Assembly: GCA_030390025.1 (NCBI GenBank)
Contig: CM059425.1
Location: 170,626,001 to 170,690,000, forward strand
From: Squalus acanthias
Lineage: Eukaryota
Direction: 5' to 3'
DNA length: 64,000 bases
The notes beneath the pieces were generated by a model. The model was not told the DNA's origin. It saw only the letters and a program-made list of their open reading frames with translations, and ran no database searches. Positions 35,596 to 47,300 of the stretch are shown one piece after another; the first letter of the stretch is position 1; every line of letters begins with the position of its first letter. Position numbers and translations under genes: made by a program.

Positions 35596-36214
35596 GGGGC
35601 AAAAATTGGGTCACACCTCCTTTGGGGCGCTAACTTTGGCGGGGCGTTAAAAGTAGCGCCCCGAAAAAGTTAGCACCCCCGCACCCGAAATTCAATATTT
35701 GCGCCCCAAGGAGGAGGCGGGCGCTACTGGAAGCACTCCCCCTCCCTCCTGGGGTGCTCCCAGGGAATATCGTGCCACTACATGCAGCAGCACCATGCCA
35801 GAGGAGTGCCGGGCTGCCCGATCGCGGCCGGCACCCCACAGGGGGACAGCAGAGGGGGCAGGTGCTGGCAGGCGGCCAGCAAAAATAATGGCAGCCCGGC
35901 ACCTCCCCTTTAAATATCGCCGCCCCAGCCACATGTATGCACCCTGATCCTGTCAAACACAGCGTCTGGCGGTACGTCAGCGGGCGCGACCGAAGTTTGC
36001 AGCCGGGGCGTTAGCGGGAAGCTGCGCACGGCGATGACGTCATCGCCGGAGGCACAGTGCCGTGTGGCGCTCCCGGCTGCCGCCGCCGCTAACCTCCCGC
36101 TGAATTTCGCGGGAGGCGTTAGCTGTGCCACGCCCGGGCGTTAGTTGCTTTGCGCCCCGTTAGCACCTTCTTAGGGCGCAAATGGGAGGCGCAAAGCAAC
36201 CAAATTTTGCCCCC
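35596..36214. mobile_element. Harbinger-type MITE nested in another MITE-like element (~35260-36360)
   Basis: GGGGCAAAAATT / aaattttgccccc ends, TSD TTA (35593-35595 / 36215-36217), inverted homology to 17450-18097. Confidence 0.85.
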
Positions 36215-36715
36215 TTATTCCTTCAGAATTTAATTAGTGTTGGAGATTTTCAATAAAATAAAAATTTAATTTTTTTTTTTGCTTTTTCTGTCTATCTCTT
36301 TTATCTCTTTCCCTTAGAACCAGTTCTCTTTCCCAGTCTTAATTTTGCTTTCTGTACGTGATTTAAATTTAATTTATAAATCCTGGTTTAGACGCTGCAG
36401 GCTGGATATTTACTGGGGCGGGTTGCGTAGGTGGGGGAGGTGGTGTTTCGGATGGGAATTCCGGAAGTCTGGGTTTCTCCACATACTGTGAAGTTTTAAC
36501 TCTACAGCGTGCGACTTTTGGCCCTGAAAGGTTCCCCGCCCGGAAGTCAGGCTGATTGACAGGCTTGGCTTCCAATCAGGCGGGGAGGACTCCGGAGGAG
36601 GCCACAGGACCAGGGAGGTCTGATTCCTGATCCCGGAGTGGAGGGAGGGGGGGGGGGTCCGGTCCCAAAGATAGTTCCATTCCCTAACCCTGGGGGAGGG
36701 TCCGATCACAGACCT

Positions 36716-38410
36716 AAGAACATAAGAACATAAGAAATAGGAGGAGGAGTAGGCCATTCAGCCCTTCGCGCCTGCTCCGCCATTAAATGAGGTCATGGCT
36801 GATCTTCTGCCTCAACTCCATTCACCGGCCCTATCGCTATATCCCTTGATGCCTTTACTAGTCAGAAATCTATCGACTTCTGTTTTGAATATATCCAATG
36901 ACTGAGCCTCCACAACCCTCTGGGGTAGAGAATTCCAAAGATTCACCACCCTGTGTGTGAAGAAATTTCTTCTCATCTCAGTCCTGAATGGCCGACCCCT
37001 TTATTCTGCGGCTGTGGCCCCTGGTTCTAGACTCTCCAGCTAAGGGAAACATTCTCCCAGCATCCATCCTATCAAGCCCTGTAATAATTTTGTATGCTTC
37101 GATGAGATCTCCTCTCATTCTTCTGAATTCAAGAGAATACAGGCCTAGTTTACTCAATCTCTTCTCATACGACAATCCCGCCATCCCAGGAATCAATCTC
37201 GTGAACCTTCGTTGCACTCCCTCTATGACAAGTATATCCTTCCTTAGGTAAGGAGACCAAAATTGTACACAGTACTCCAGGTGTGGTCTCACCAAAGCCC
37301 TATATAATTGGAGTAAGACTTCTTTACTCCTGTACTCAAATCCTCTTGTAATGAAGGCCAGCATACCATTTGCCTTCCTAATGGCTTGCTGCACCTGCAC
37401 ATTCACTTTCAGTGACTCATGTAAAAGGACACCCAGGACCCTTTGAGCATCTGCATTCCCCAATCTTTCACCATTTAGGAAATACTCTGCCTTTCTGTTT
37501 TTTCTACCAACGTGGATAACTTCACATTTATCCACATTATATTCCATCTGCCATGTTCTCGCCCACTCACTGAGCCTGTCGAGATCCCCTTGAAGCCCCT
37601 TCACATCCTCTTTACAACTGACACTGCCACCTAGCTTTGTATCATCAGCAAATTTGGAAATGTTACATTTAGTCCCCTCATCCAAATCATTGATATAGAT
37701 TGTGAATAGCTGGGGCCCAAGCACCGATCCTTGCAGTACCCCACTAGTCACAGCCTGCCATCCTGAAAAAGACCCGTTTATCCCTACTCTTTGTTTTCTG
37801 TCTGTTAACCAATTCTCAATCCATGCTAGTATATTACCCCCAATTCCATGTGCCCTAATTTTGTTCACCAACCTCTTGTGTGGGACCTTATCGAAGGCCT
37901 TCTGAAAATCCAGATACACCACATCTACCAGTTCCCCTTTGTCTACTCCACTAGTTACATCCTCAAAGAACTCCAATAGGTTTGTTAAACAGGATTTCCC
38001 TTTCATAAATCCATGTTGACTCTGCCTAATCTTACTATTAGTTTCTAAGTGCCCAGTTGTTGCATCTTTTATAATAGATTCCAGCATTTTCCCAACTACT
38101 GATGTGAGGCTAACAGGTCTGTAGTTCCCCGTTTTCTCTCTCCCTCCTTTCTTAAATAGCGGGGTTACATTTGCTATCCTCCAATCTGCAGGAACCGTTC
38201 CAGAATCTACAGAATTTTGGAAGATGACAACCAATGCATCCACTATTCCAATGGCCACCTCTTTCAAAACCCTAGGATATAGGTCATCCGGTCCTTGGGA
38301 TTTGTCGACTTTTAGTCCCATTAATTTTGCTAGTACTGTTTTTTTACTAATAATAATTTCTTTAAGTTCCTCATTCTCGTCACACCCTTGGTTTACTCGT
38401 ATTTCTGGGA
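36716..38410 (-). mobile_element. 5'-truncated CR1 LINE with open RT domain (ORF 36978..38321, 447 aa), inserted in a MITE (~36400-39080)
   Basis: NYRPVSLTSVVGK, QHGFMKGKSCLTNL, YLDFQKAFDKV, GVLQGSVLGP and FADD motifs. (ttcttatg)n tail at 36716-36737. Confidence 0.92.
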
Positions 38411-38719
38411 GGGAGGGGTGTATGGGGGGGCGGGGGGCGGCTCTGATGGTAGGGAAGCTTGCGGGACCAGGAGGAAGCTCTCCTGCTCCTCCTGCCCCAC
38501 AAGGAGTGCTCCCTGAGGCTGTCCTCGCCTCGCTGCAGCTGCTGGGTTTTCTAAGGCCTGGGAAACCCAGCTGGCCACAGTAAAATCTGCAAAGCAGGTT
38601 AAATCCGACATATTTTAATTGCCAACCCGCCTCCTGGGAGCGGGTTGGCTGCCCGTCCCTTGTCCCGCCTCAGTAAAACCCGAAAGTCGGCCGGGACGCT
38701 CGGAACTTTTGCCTATTCA

Positions 38720-39060
38720 ACCCCCCACCCCCACCCGCACTAGCCCCCACCCGCACCGACCCCCCACCCGCACCGGCCCCCACCAACCCCCCACCCGCAC
38801 CGGACCCCCACCCGCACCGGGCCCCCACCCTCACCGGCCCTCACCCGCACCGGACCCCCACCCGCACCGGACCCCCACCCGCACCAGCCCCCACCGACCC
38901 CCCACCCGCACCGGGCCCCACCCGCACCGGCCCTCACCCGCACCGACCCCCCACCCGCACCGGACCCCCACCTGCACCGGCCCTCACCCGCACCGGACCC
39001 CCACCTGCACCGGACCCCCACCTGCACCGGACCCCCACCCGCACCGGACCCCCACCCGCT
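38720..39060. repeat. ~16-17-bp C-rich minisatellite (ccccacccgcaccgga)n
   Basis: Roughly 20 visible imperfect units. Confidence 0.92.
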
Positions 39061-39715
39061 CACCCATGTTAAATTTCCCTCCTGCGTGCCTCAGTGAGGA
39101 TTCTGCAATCTGATTGGTTGCCACAGATCCCCAGTAGAGGGTGCCCAATGTCAGCAAGTCTACGCTCAAAAGGCTGTGAAAACTCTGTGGACAGCTGTCA
39201 GCGTAGTAAACAGCAAACGCCTTCGCTGCTGACCGCAAAATCCCAGCCAATATTTAGCAGCTGGACCTGTTTGAATTCTGACTATTCTGAATTCTGACTG
39301 TAAAATACATGGAATCTGGTTATTAGCACCATCCACAGCTCCATCTGGGAGTGAGTGAGGCACAACAGGAGAAATCCGTCCTTCTTGCTCCCAGCTCCAG
39401 TGCTGGCCCATGCTCGCCCCCTTCCCATCCATCTCACCTCTCCCCCACCTCCCAGGACTTTCCTGAAGGCTGCTGAAGGCTGCCGCTAGCCCAAATTGTC
39501 CTCCTAAAGCTGGCGAGCTGCCTTTGAATGCCCGAATGACGTCCACAGTTCACCAGCATTAGGCTGATGAGGTCAAGACCCAACTTGGGGCGAGCCTCAG
39601 CCCACCGGCTCTGGTGCCCTCCTGGTGCCCACCTATTTCAGGCACGAAAATAGGCCGAGACCAATTTTTAGCCCATGAAGTCCACACCAAGACAGCATTG
39701 TTACTGCCTTCAATT

Positions 39716-40136
39716 AAGTGAGAGGTCGCACAACACCAGGTTATAGTCCAACAGTTTTATTTGAAATCACAAGCTTTCGGAGCTATCGATTGATCCTTCC
39801 TCAGGTGAAGTAAATTGGATACAGAATCGCCAGAGCATATATAGATGGAAAACAAAGCATGTGTACTTTACAATTGCAGACCAATAAATTAAATCATCCC
39901 GACTATCTGCCGAGGTGTGATAAAGTTAATTAAGTCAGCCAGGAAGGTACCACATCAAAAGACATAGCAAGATACAACTGAGACAATGAGGTGTAGTCGC
40001 AGGGGTTCTAACGTGTCAAAAGCTGCCGTCTGTATGTAAAACGAAAAGTCAGGTGACGAAGGAGCAGCGCTCCGAAAGCTTGTGATTTCAAATAAAGCTG
40101 TTGGACTATAACCTGGTGTTGTGCGACTTCTCACTT
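39716..40136. mobile_element. Penelope-like non-autonomous element with 68-bp terminal inverted arms
   Basis: 39716-39783 matches the reverse complement of 40069-40136 with 2 mismatches. Flanking 15-bp direct repeat cttcaattaagtgag (39708-39722 / 40134-40148). Confidence 0.8.
39767..39808 (-). ncRNA. Minimal type I hammerhead ribozyme motif
   Basis: Minus strand: tcac CTGAGGA a GGA-tcaatcgatagc-TCC GAAA GC TT gtga. Stem I is TCAC/GTGA and stem III is the palindrome AAGCTT. Confidence 0.65.
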
Positions 40137-42379
40137 CAATTAAGTGAGGCTTTATTGCTGAAATTCTGTATGTGTATAGTTCAAGTCTCAGCTTCGATTA
40201 GCAGTATAAGAGAATGCTCTACAAACATCAGAAAAGTCCACATTATTGTGTACTGCACATGCACAAACACCTGCAATAATTTCAATATTTAAAATAGGCA
40301 CAAATACAGATTGAAGCGCATATCCAATTGGAATAACAGCTGGACATATGATTAATGGCACTTTAAACAAATTACACAAACAGGAAGTTAACTGCATTAA
40401 GGATACTTTATCTTGTGTCCTGCACAAAAGGCCCTAGCTCACTCTAAACTAAAGTGTGACCTTACGCACAAAGTATCTGATAATGGCACAGACACAATGG
40501 GCCGAATACACTCCTTCTGTGCCGTAAATTTCTATGATTCTATGAATGTCGCATGCCTGGGTGAACAAAGAACCCTTACTCTACTGATAAACTGACAAGA
40601 AATAACCTCACGAGTAGTGTGAGATGGCCCGTACTCCTCTGGTCTAACTGACTGATGACAAAGTAACACTCTGACAGACCATATACCTTGGGCTTATCAG
40701 CTACAAATCAGGATTATGATGAAATAAAATTACCAAAAGCAAAAATCAGATAGCCGCAGATAGATAAATCACTGTAGTTAATGTGAAATCTGTATCAAAC
40801 CAATAAAATGTCTTGAAACTCTCACAGGTGTAGGAAGTAGTACTCAAAAGAGTTTTGGAAAGGGCTGTTTTTAGCAATGTTGCCTCATTTATGCTTGGGC
40901 AGTCTCAACCCAGTTCCAAATAGTTACCAATCACACAAAAATGTGATGTTTTGGCATAATTTGGCAACTTCACTCAGAAAGACTGTGGAAATAGTTCATT
41001 CAGACAAACGCAATAGGGGTTACTCTTCTGAGGTTGAAGAATGGGCTAAGTGCCAAGAGAACTTAAATCTGCATCTGGCTTTGCAATGCATGAACTGGGA
41101 GTGCTTGATGCCGACAGTGGGATGGCAAAATGAAAAAATATTCCCTTTTCCAGCAATAATATCAGTTACCTTGAAAAGAGCAAAAAATCATGCCATCCCA
41201 AAAAATTGTAACAGTTAAAAAAAAAACTTCCATTTTTGTGTTGCTTGTGTTTACCATGGAGATTAGGTACATGCAGGGAGGGAAAAGTTCCATAAATCAT
41301 TAAAGCATGTGGCTTTTTTTTAGAAAGTCCGAGGGGTTGAAATTCCACTGGTCTCCCATCATCGCTCCAATGGGAGACCAGCAGAACTTCCAAGGACACG
41401 GCTGTTTATGCCAATTCCCTGGGAGATTACACGACTCTGCCGCTGGAGTCATGGTAAAGACCAGTAAAACCCCTCCAGCTTTCCGCCCATGAATGTTTAA
41501 GGTTCGCAGTTTGATCAGTTTTCATCAGCTGATGCTAAAAAGAATATATTTTGAAAGAGCAAGCTAATGCTTTTTATTCAAGAACAGTCTTTCTAATATT
41601 CAATCTTATGTGAATAAGAATATCACTTTTAAGAAAAGCAGTTAGGCCCAACAAGCCTGTTCCTTTTTAAATATATGTCTCAATCTTTTCTCTTTCCAGA
41701 AACATTTCTAATTTCCACTTGGACTCTTTTATACTGTCTGCTTGAAAAACCTTCTTTGCTAACTTATTTCACAAGTCTATTACTCTTCATAAATATTCCA
41801 CCAGATTTCTGTCTTACTTACAACTTCATACTTTTTGTTCCTAGATGTTGAAGTTGGGCTATATCTTTCGTTCAAAGCTAGTATTAAACTTTATTAAATT
41901 ATGTCAGAAGACGACTGCCCAGAAATTCCTTTAGGCCATTTTTAGAGCTAGAAATTGGTCCTCGGGCCTCATCTAAATATTCGGAGAAGCTGCTGGCACC
42001 TGTCTCGCCCATAAGCAGCTCACCCGACAGGAGATTGCAATTTTGGGCCACGTGCCTCACCAGTAGCGGCCCTCAGATAAGTTCAGGGTGGAGACAGAAA
42101 GGAGGGCCAATTGCAGCTGACAGCAGCCAGCAGAAGGGAGGTGGAGCTGAGAGGAACACACCTGCTCCGCCCGGCTCCACTTCAAAGTGGGGCCATTTGG
42201 GCGCAGGCCATCCCACTGCTAAATTGGTCAGCGTTGAGCCCTTTTTACATTCAACAAACAGGTGCAATGCATAACACTTTCTATCCCGACAATTACAATT
42301 GTGGTCAATTTGTGCTTCTTTTTCATTTTTGGTAATTAAATAAGCACCGTCTTCATCAAAACATATTGGACAAAGGTGC

Positions 42380-42578
42380 CTGAACATTGCCTGAGACAGT
42401 GGTGGAAGCAGATTCAATAGTAACTTCCAAAAGGGAATTGGATATATACTTGAAGAGGAAAAATTTGCAGACCTATGGGGAGCAAGCAGGGGAATGGGAC
42501 TAATTGGACAGCTCTTTCAAAGAGCTGGCACAAGGCACGATGGGCTGAATGGCCTCCTTCTGTGCTGTACAATTCTAT
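42380..42578 (+). mobile_element. CR1 3' end
   Basis: gtggtggaagcagattcaatag...gggctgaatggcctccttctgtgctgtacaattctat, homologous to 17292-17450 and 32161-32290. Confidence 0.85.
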
Positions 42579-44348
42579 GGGCTGAATTTTGCCGGCGCTC
42601 AGAGGGCGGGTTCGGAGGCGGATCCACTGTCAAAATAGAAAAGATTGACAGCAGGTAGGGAACCCGCCTCCATGCGAGTCTGCCAGGTGTCGGGTCTGTC
42701 AGCGCTGAGCAGACCCGACACCAAGCGGCGGGGAGGCAATTGACATCATTAAATGGATTGTTAACATCCAATTAAGTGTTATTTTATGCCTACATTTCAA
42801 TTTTACGTGCTCCCCCATGGGTTACCCACTGCTCGGGGAACACGTTAATTCAGCAAGTCGTGAGTGGATTCAGCACTGAATTATCTCATGACCTGACAGC
42901 TGCCACAGTTGTATAAAAGATCCCATTTACAGCTGTTCACTTTCCAAGCTCAGAAACTGTTGCTTACTGCATTTGGAAGACATATTGAGCTTTCTGCAGC
43001 TTGAAAGTGTTTGGAGCCAACTCCATATCTAGTGCCACCTCATTGGAACAACCTCTCTCACCATTGACAGATCACTTCTGTCATCTCAACCTCACCTGCC
43101 ATCTATTACATCAGCATCATTACCCTTGAAAATATCTTACCTTGGTCCTCAGAATCCCACCAAGATCTGCCCCAACACCAGCATCACCAGACACACCAGC
43201 AGCAACAACAACACCAGCCTTCTCCGCAATCAACTGATGCTGCACAGGACACAGGGCATCAGCACTTCACCACATTGCTGCCTGGGACACAGGGATGGCC
43301 TCACCATGGCCACATTTACTTCACTTGGTGCTGTACACCCTGGATGCCACATGATGCGCCAAGTTGGCACCACCCCACACCAACACAATAATCATCCCTA
43401 CAATGCCCAAACCATTTCTTTCACACTCATCACCATTGCAGGGGTTACTGTTATGTCTCACCATTCATTACAACTCACTAAGCCACTTCCAACGGTGCAC
43501 ATAAATCTGTCCAAGAACGCAAAGTGCTGAAAATAAAGGTTTCAATGTTTGACAGCACATTATCAGAAACTTCACATGAACATTGGCTAAACCACCCAAG
43601 TGCCTGCCCTTGTGTGTTGTTAGTTGGTATGATTGGACTAGGATGAAGGTGAGTGTGAGGGGTGGCTAGTGAGATGGGGAAGTGATAATGTAGATAGAGA
43701 GGGATGGGTGGAAGTGCAAGGTAAGTTGGTGTGAGTAAAGATGTGCAGGGAAGGGTAGGAAAGGCAGAGTGAAGTGGATGTGACGAGTGGCACAGCAGGA
43801 TGAGGTTGAGTGTGGCTTTGCAGTAACGTTTTGTGATCTACTGAGATCATTGAAAGGTTCGCGCCACTGCAGCCTGGTCCTCCTTACGACATCCCTGCTT
43901 GTGTCCTCCTGTGCAATGTGCAACCAGGCTGTGTTGGTCTCCTGGGGAGGTCTCTTCCACCCTTGGAAGGGAAGAGGACCTCCCTGCCTGCTGCGACTCC
44001 CTTCATAAGCATATGGAGGGAGTCATGGGAGAGCCTGGGTGCAGCCATGCACCTCTGTGCAGTGCTTGTCAGTGTTTGCAGCACCTCAATGCTGTAGAAC
44101 ACTGACAGCAGAACTGTCAAAATCAATGTGGACGTGGCCCCTTTAAGGAAACCGGCTGATGGCGCATCATCAAATGACGTCATCAGACCCGCTTCCTATT
44201 AATTGGCCGGGAACCTTGCAGGGCGGGCTTAACAAGCCCTATTAGTGTAAAATCACGTGGAGAGTGCGGGCTGCAGTAGGCAGCGGGCTGGGACCGCGAC
44301 ACCGACCCCGGCCACCTTGGACCCGCCTCGGTCGGTGAAATCACGGCC
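42579..44348 (-). mobile_element. Non-autonomous Harbinger (1.77 kb) related to 2877-5804, retaining Myb exon 1 remnant
   Basis: Imperfect TIRs gggctgaatttt / aaatcacggcc and TSD TAT (42576-42578 / 44349-44351) inside the CR1 tail. Remnant AAPRLSHDSLHMLMKGVAAGREVLFPS. Confidence 0.85.
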
Positions 44349-47300
44349 TATGAGTTTCTGTGAGAATTGTTGTGCTTCATTTTTGCCATGACAACACATG
44401 CAAGTGTAACATCTTGTGTTTGTAAATAAACAGAAAGGTTTTCATGATAGCGATGCCCCTTTAAAGAACACCTCCAATTTCCCTAAAGAAAGAAAATGGC
44501 CTATTGGCTTGATTTTGAAAGTCAAGTACTCTGGTATTTTTGCAAACCAACTGTGCTTAACATAAACATTTATTCAACCTATTCACACTTCTGAAACTCT
44601 TAAATAACACAATTATTATACAGAATATAGTGAAAATACTTCTGGCTACCACCTGAAGCTAAAGTCATCATTATGAATAAAGGCCTCTGCAGTTATGAGC
44701 TCTTACCTCAATAGTGCTGCCGACCCATTTTCCACCCACAAAACAGAATACGACCTTTCACCTGGATGAACCTCTCATTTTTAAATTTAGTACTAATAAT
44801 AAATTAAATCAAAAAATAAAGACTTTTTTCTCTGAAGGGCCAACTTATGTTGGCAATTACTGCTGAAACGTGTACTTCAATCATTTCAATTTTAGAGGTC
44901 TGCTGCACTAAGTGCAACAGTTTAGCACATGAATGATTATTTTATTAAACAAATGGTTTTTCATACATTTAAAAGATCATACATTTTAATATTCATATCA
45001 GCTTTTAATTTAATCAGTTTCAGGATATGAATTAGGAGTCATTATTTCTTCTGGGGAAACAGAGAACTTATAGTTTCTTACCATTTAGTTAATCCTTAGC
45101 TAATTTCCATATTATATCCTGAACAGATTTAGCTGGTTAAAATGCTGATGTAGTCTCCTAGTCGTTCCATAAATTGAAATATATGCTATTTGTCATTTTG
45201 GCTCAATTAAAACTAATTAATATAATAAAAATGCTTTCATCTGGACATGAAATATCAGAAAGCTGTGACCACTTAAACATGGCTGTCCGTCTTAATGGTC
45301 TATAATGAGGGAAAGTTATTTACCTTTTAAATGCCCTGGTTGCCATCCTGCAGGTATTATTATTGTCTCAAGGGGTTTTCCTGTGAATTGTTAAAAGATG
45401 AAAGGGTCGTTTTTTTTTCATTTTCATAAGACAAATGGAGGATGAAGTTAGTATCAGTTACTTGCATTTCTTTGTTGTGGGTGTAGAGCAGCTGCTTGTA
45501 GTTATTGGAATGGAACACAGCTGATAAAAAGTCTATGGACAGCGAGATGCATGCTGCTTTATAAGAAGATCCTGTGCAACCCAACTATACTTTAAGATGC
45601 AGAATTGCTTTTAAATATTATATCATTCTGGTTGGTATTTACTAAAGAATGAAGTCTATTAAAAAAAAGTTCATAGACTTGGTCTGAAACTTATACTAAA
45701 TGGTAGAGTAGCAATTACATTTTTGTTAAATTATCATAAATGCAATTAACCCCCCACTGAAAGCCGGAAGGTTTATTACGATTTCCATGCAGTTTACAGA
45801 TTCAAAGTTTTACTGCCTTGTAGATAACAATTTAATTGGATCAACAGATTTCTAGACACCCAATAAAAACAAAACTAAATTATTGACCTCAAACATTCAG
45901 GGGCTGATTTTAACCTTATTTGTCTGCCAAAAACCGGGCGAGTGGATGGTTAACATTGCCTAGGTTACTTACCCGCCCTGGAGCCACGGGGAACTGACCT
46001 TTGCCTATTTTAACCAGCTCTACTGAGCAGGCGGCATGTATACCCGCCGAAAGCTGGCAGGGTCATTTTTTTACATTTGTACGTCTAGTGCTGATAATGT
46101 TAACCGGTCCTGGCTGTAATTTTAACTCAATGGCCTGAGCGGGAAGTCGCAATGGCTGGATCGGCTCAACGGGCGTAGGTATGGACTCTGGAAAAACCAG
46201 CTGTTCTGCAGAAATGTGCTGCTCTCTCACATTGCTGCTGCCGGTTGGTAGTGAAAGTAATGAAGTTGTTGGCTGCAAATATTCAGATCGCTTTGCCAAT
46301 CTTTCATCTCCTTAAATCAAGGAAGAGAACAACCAACTCAGCTCAGCAAAGATAATGAATGTCTCATCTCAAATATGAATTCATTCCAAAATGAATATTG
46401 TTCTTTCACAGACATTTGGTAATAATGTAAGTGTTCAGAAGAGTTTAACATTAAACATTAAAACCTATTGGAATGCTGCAGCTTTAGTCCCAATTAACTG
46501 GAATTGCCATAGTTTATAAATAAATTGGTGGATTGATTAAAGCAACTGGTTGTGGTGATGTTGTGACATAAAAGTGAAACTTATTTATTGCTGATGAACA
46601 AACCAAGAAAACATGCTTACACCTCTCCTTATCTGAACCAAGAATACAATCCCTAAGCCGCATGTCTCCAAAATATCAAATGGGCAAGATTAGCATATCA
46701 TAGGGATGATGAATTACTTGAGGAATATTGCAAGCTACCTGTAAAATACTCTTAATGGCCAGATTTTCATACTAGATTCTCGGAATTCACATTCTGCATG
46801 AATAACCACACTACTCGCTGAAAAACCCTACAGCAACTTCAAGTGAGCAGGTAACCAACAAGTTTAGGAATTTACAATTTTCCGGCTCTTGTGTCCACAA
46901 TTCTCACCAGCATAATCACTTTTGCCAGCAGGACTTTCCAAGCTTTGATTACCATAGCTTTTTGCTTTAACAACATATTACAGAAGCAGAGAAAGAAAAT
47001 AAAAGGAGACAGCTGTTTTTACATGTCCCATTTATGTGCAAAAATATATATTAGTCAAAGCAAAGGAATGAAGAGAAACAAGTTAGCAATTCCAATATTC
47101 ACAAATATCAAAGACAATTCAGCTAAGATTAGTATTGTACTAAAAATAACTCTCTACATGGTATTGTGCCAGTCTGCGTATTGTTCCGAGACAGAATAAT
47201 GTATGCTGCGCTGAACTGGGCTTAAGCTTTGATTGCATTTACTGAGCTGGATGGCTAAATCATTTTATGGCTATATCAGGCCTAGAAACTGTGCATTGAG

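Noticed and set aside
38619..39113. Pro/His/Thr repeat ORF
   Set aside because: Translation of a minisatellite.
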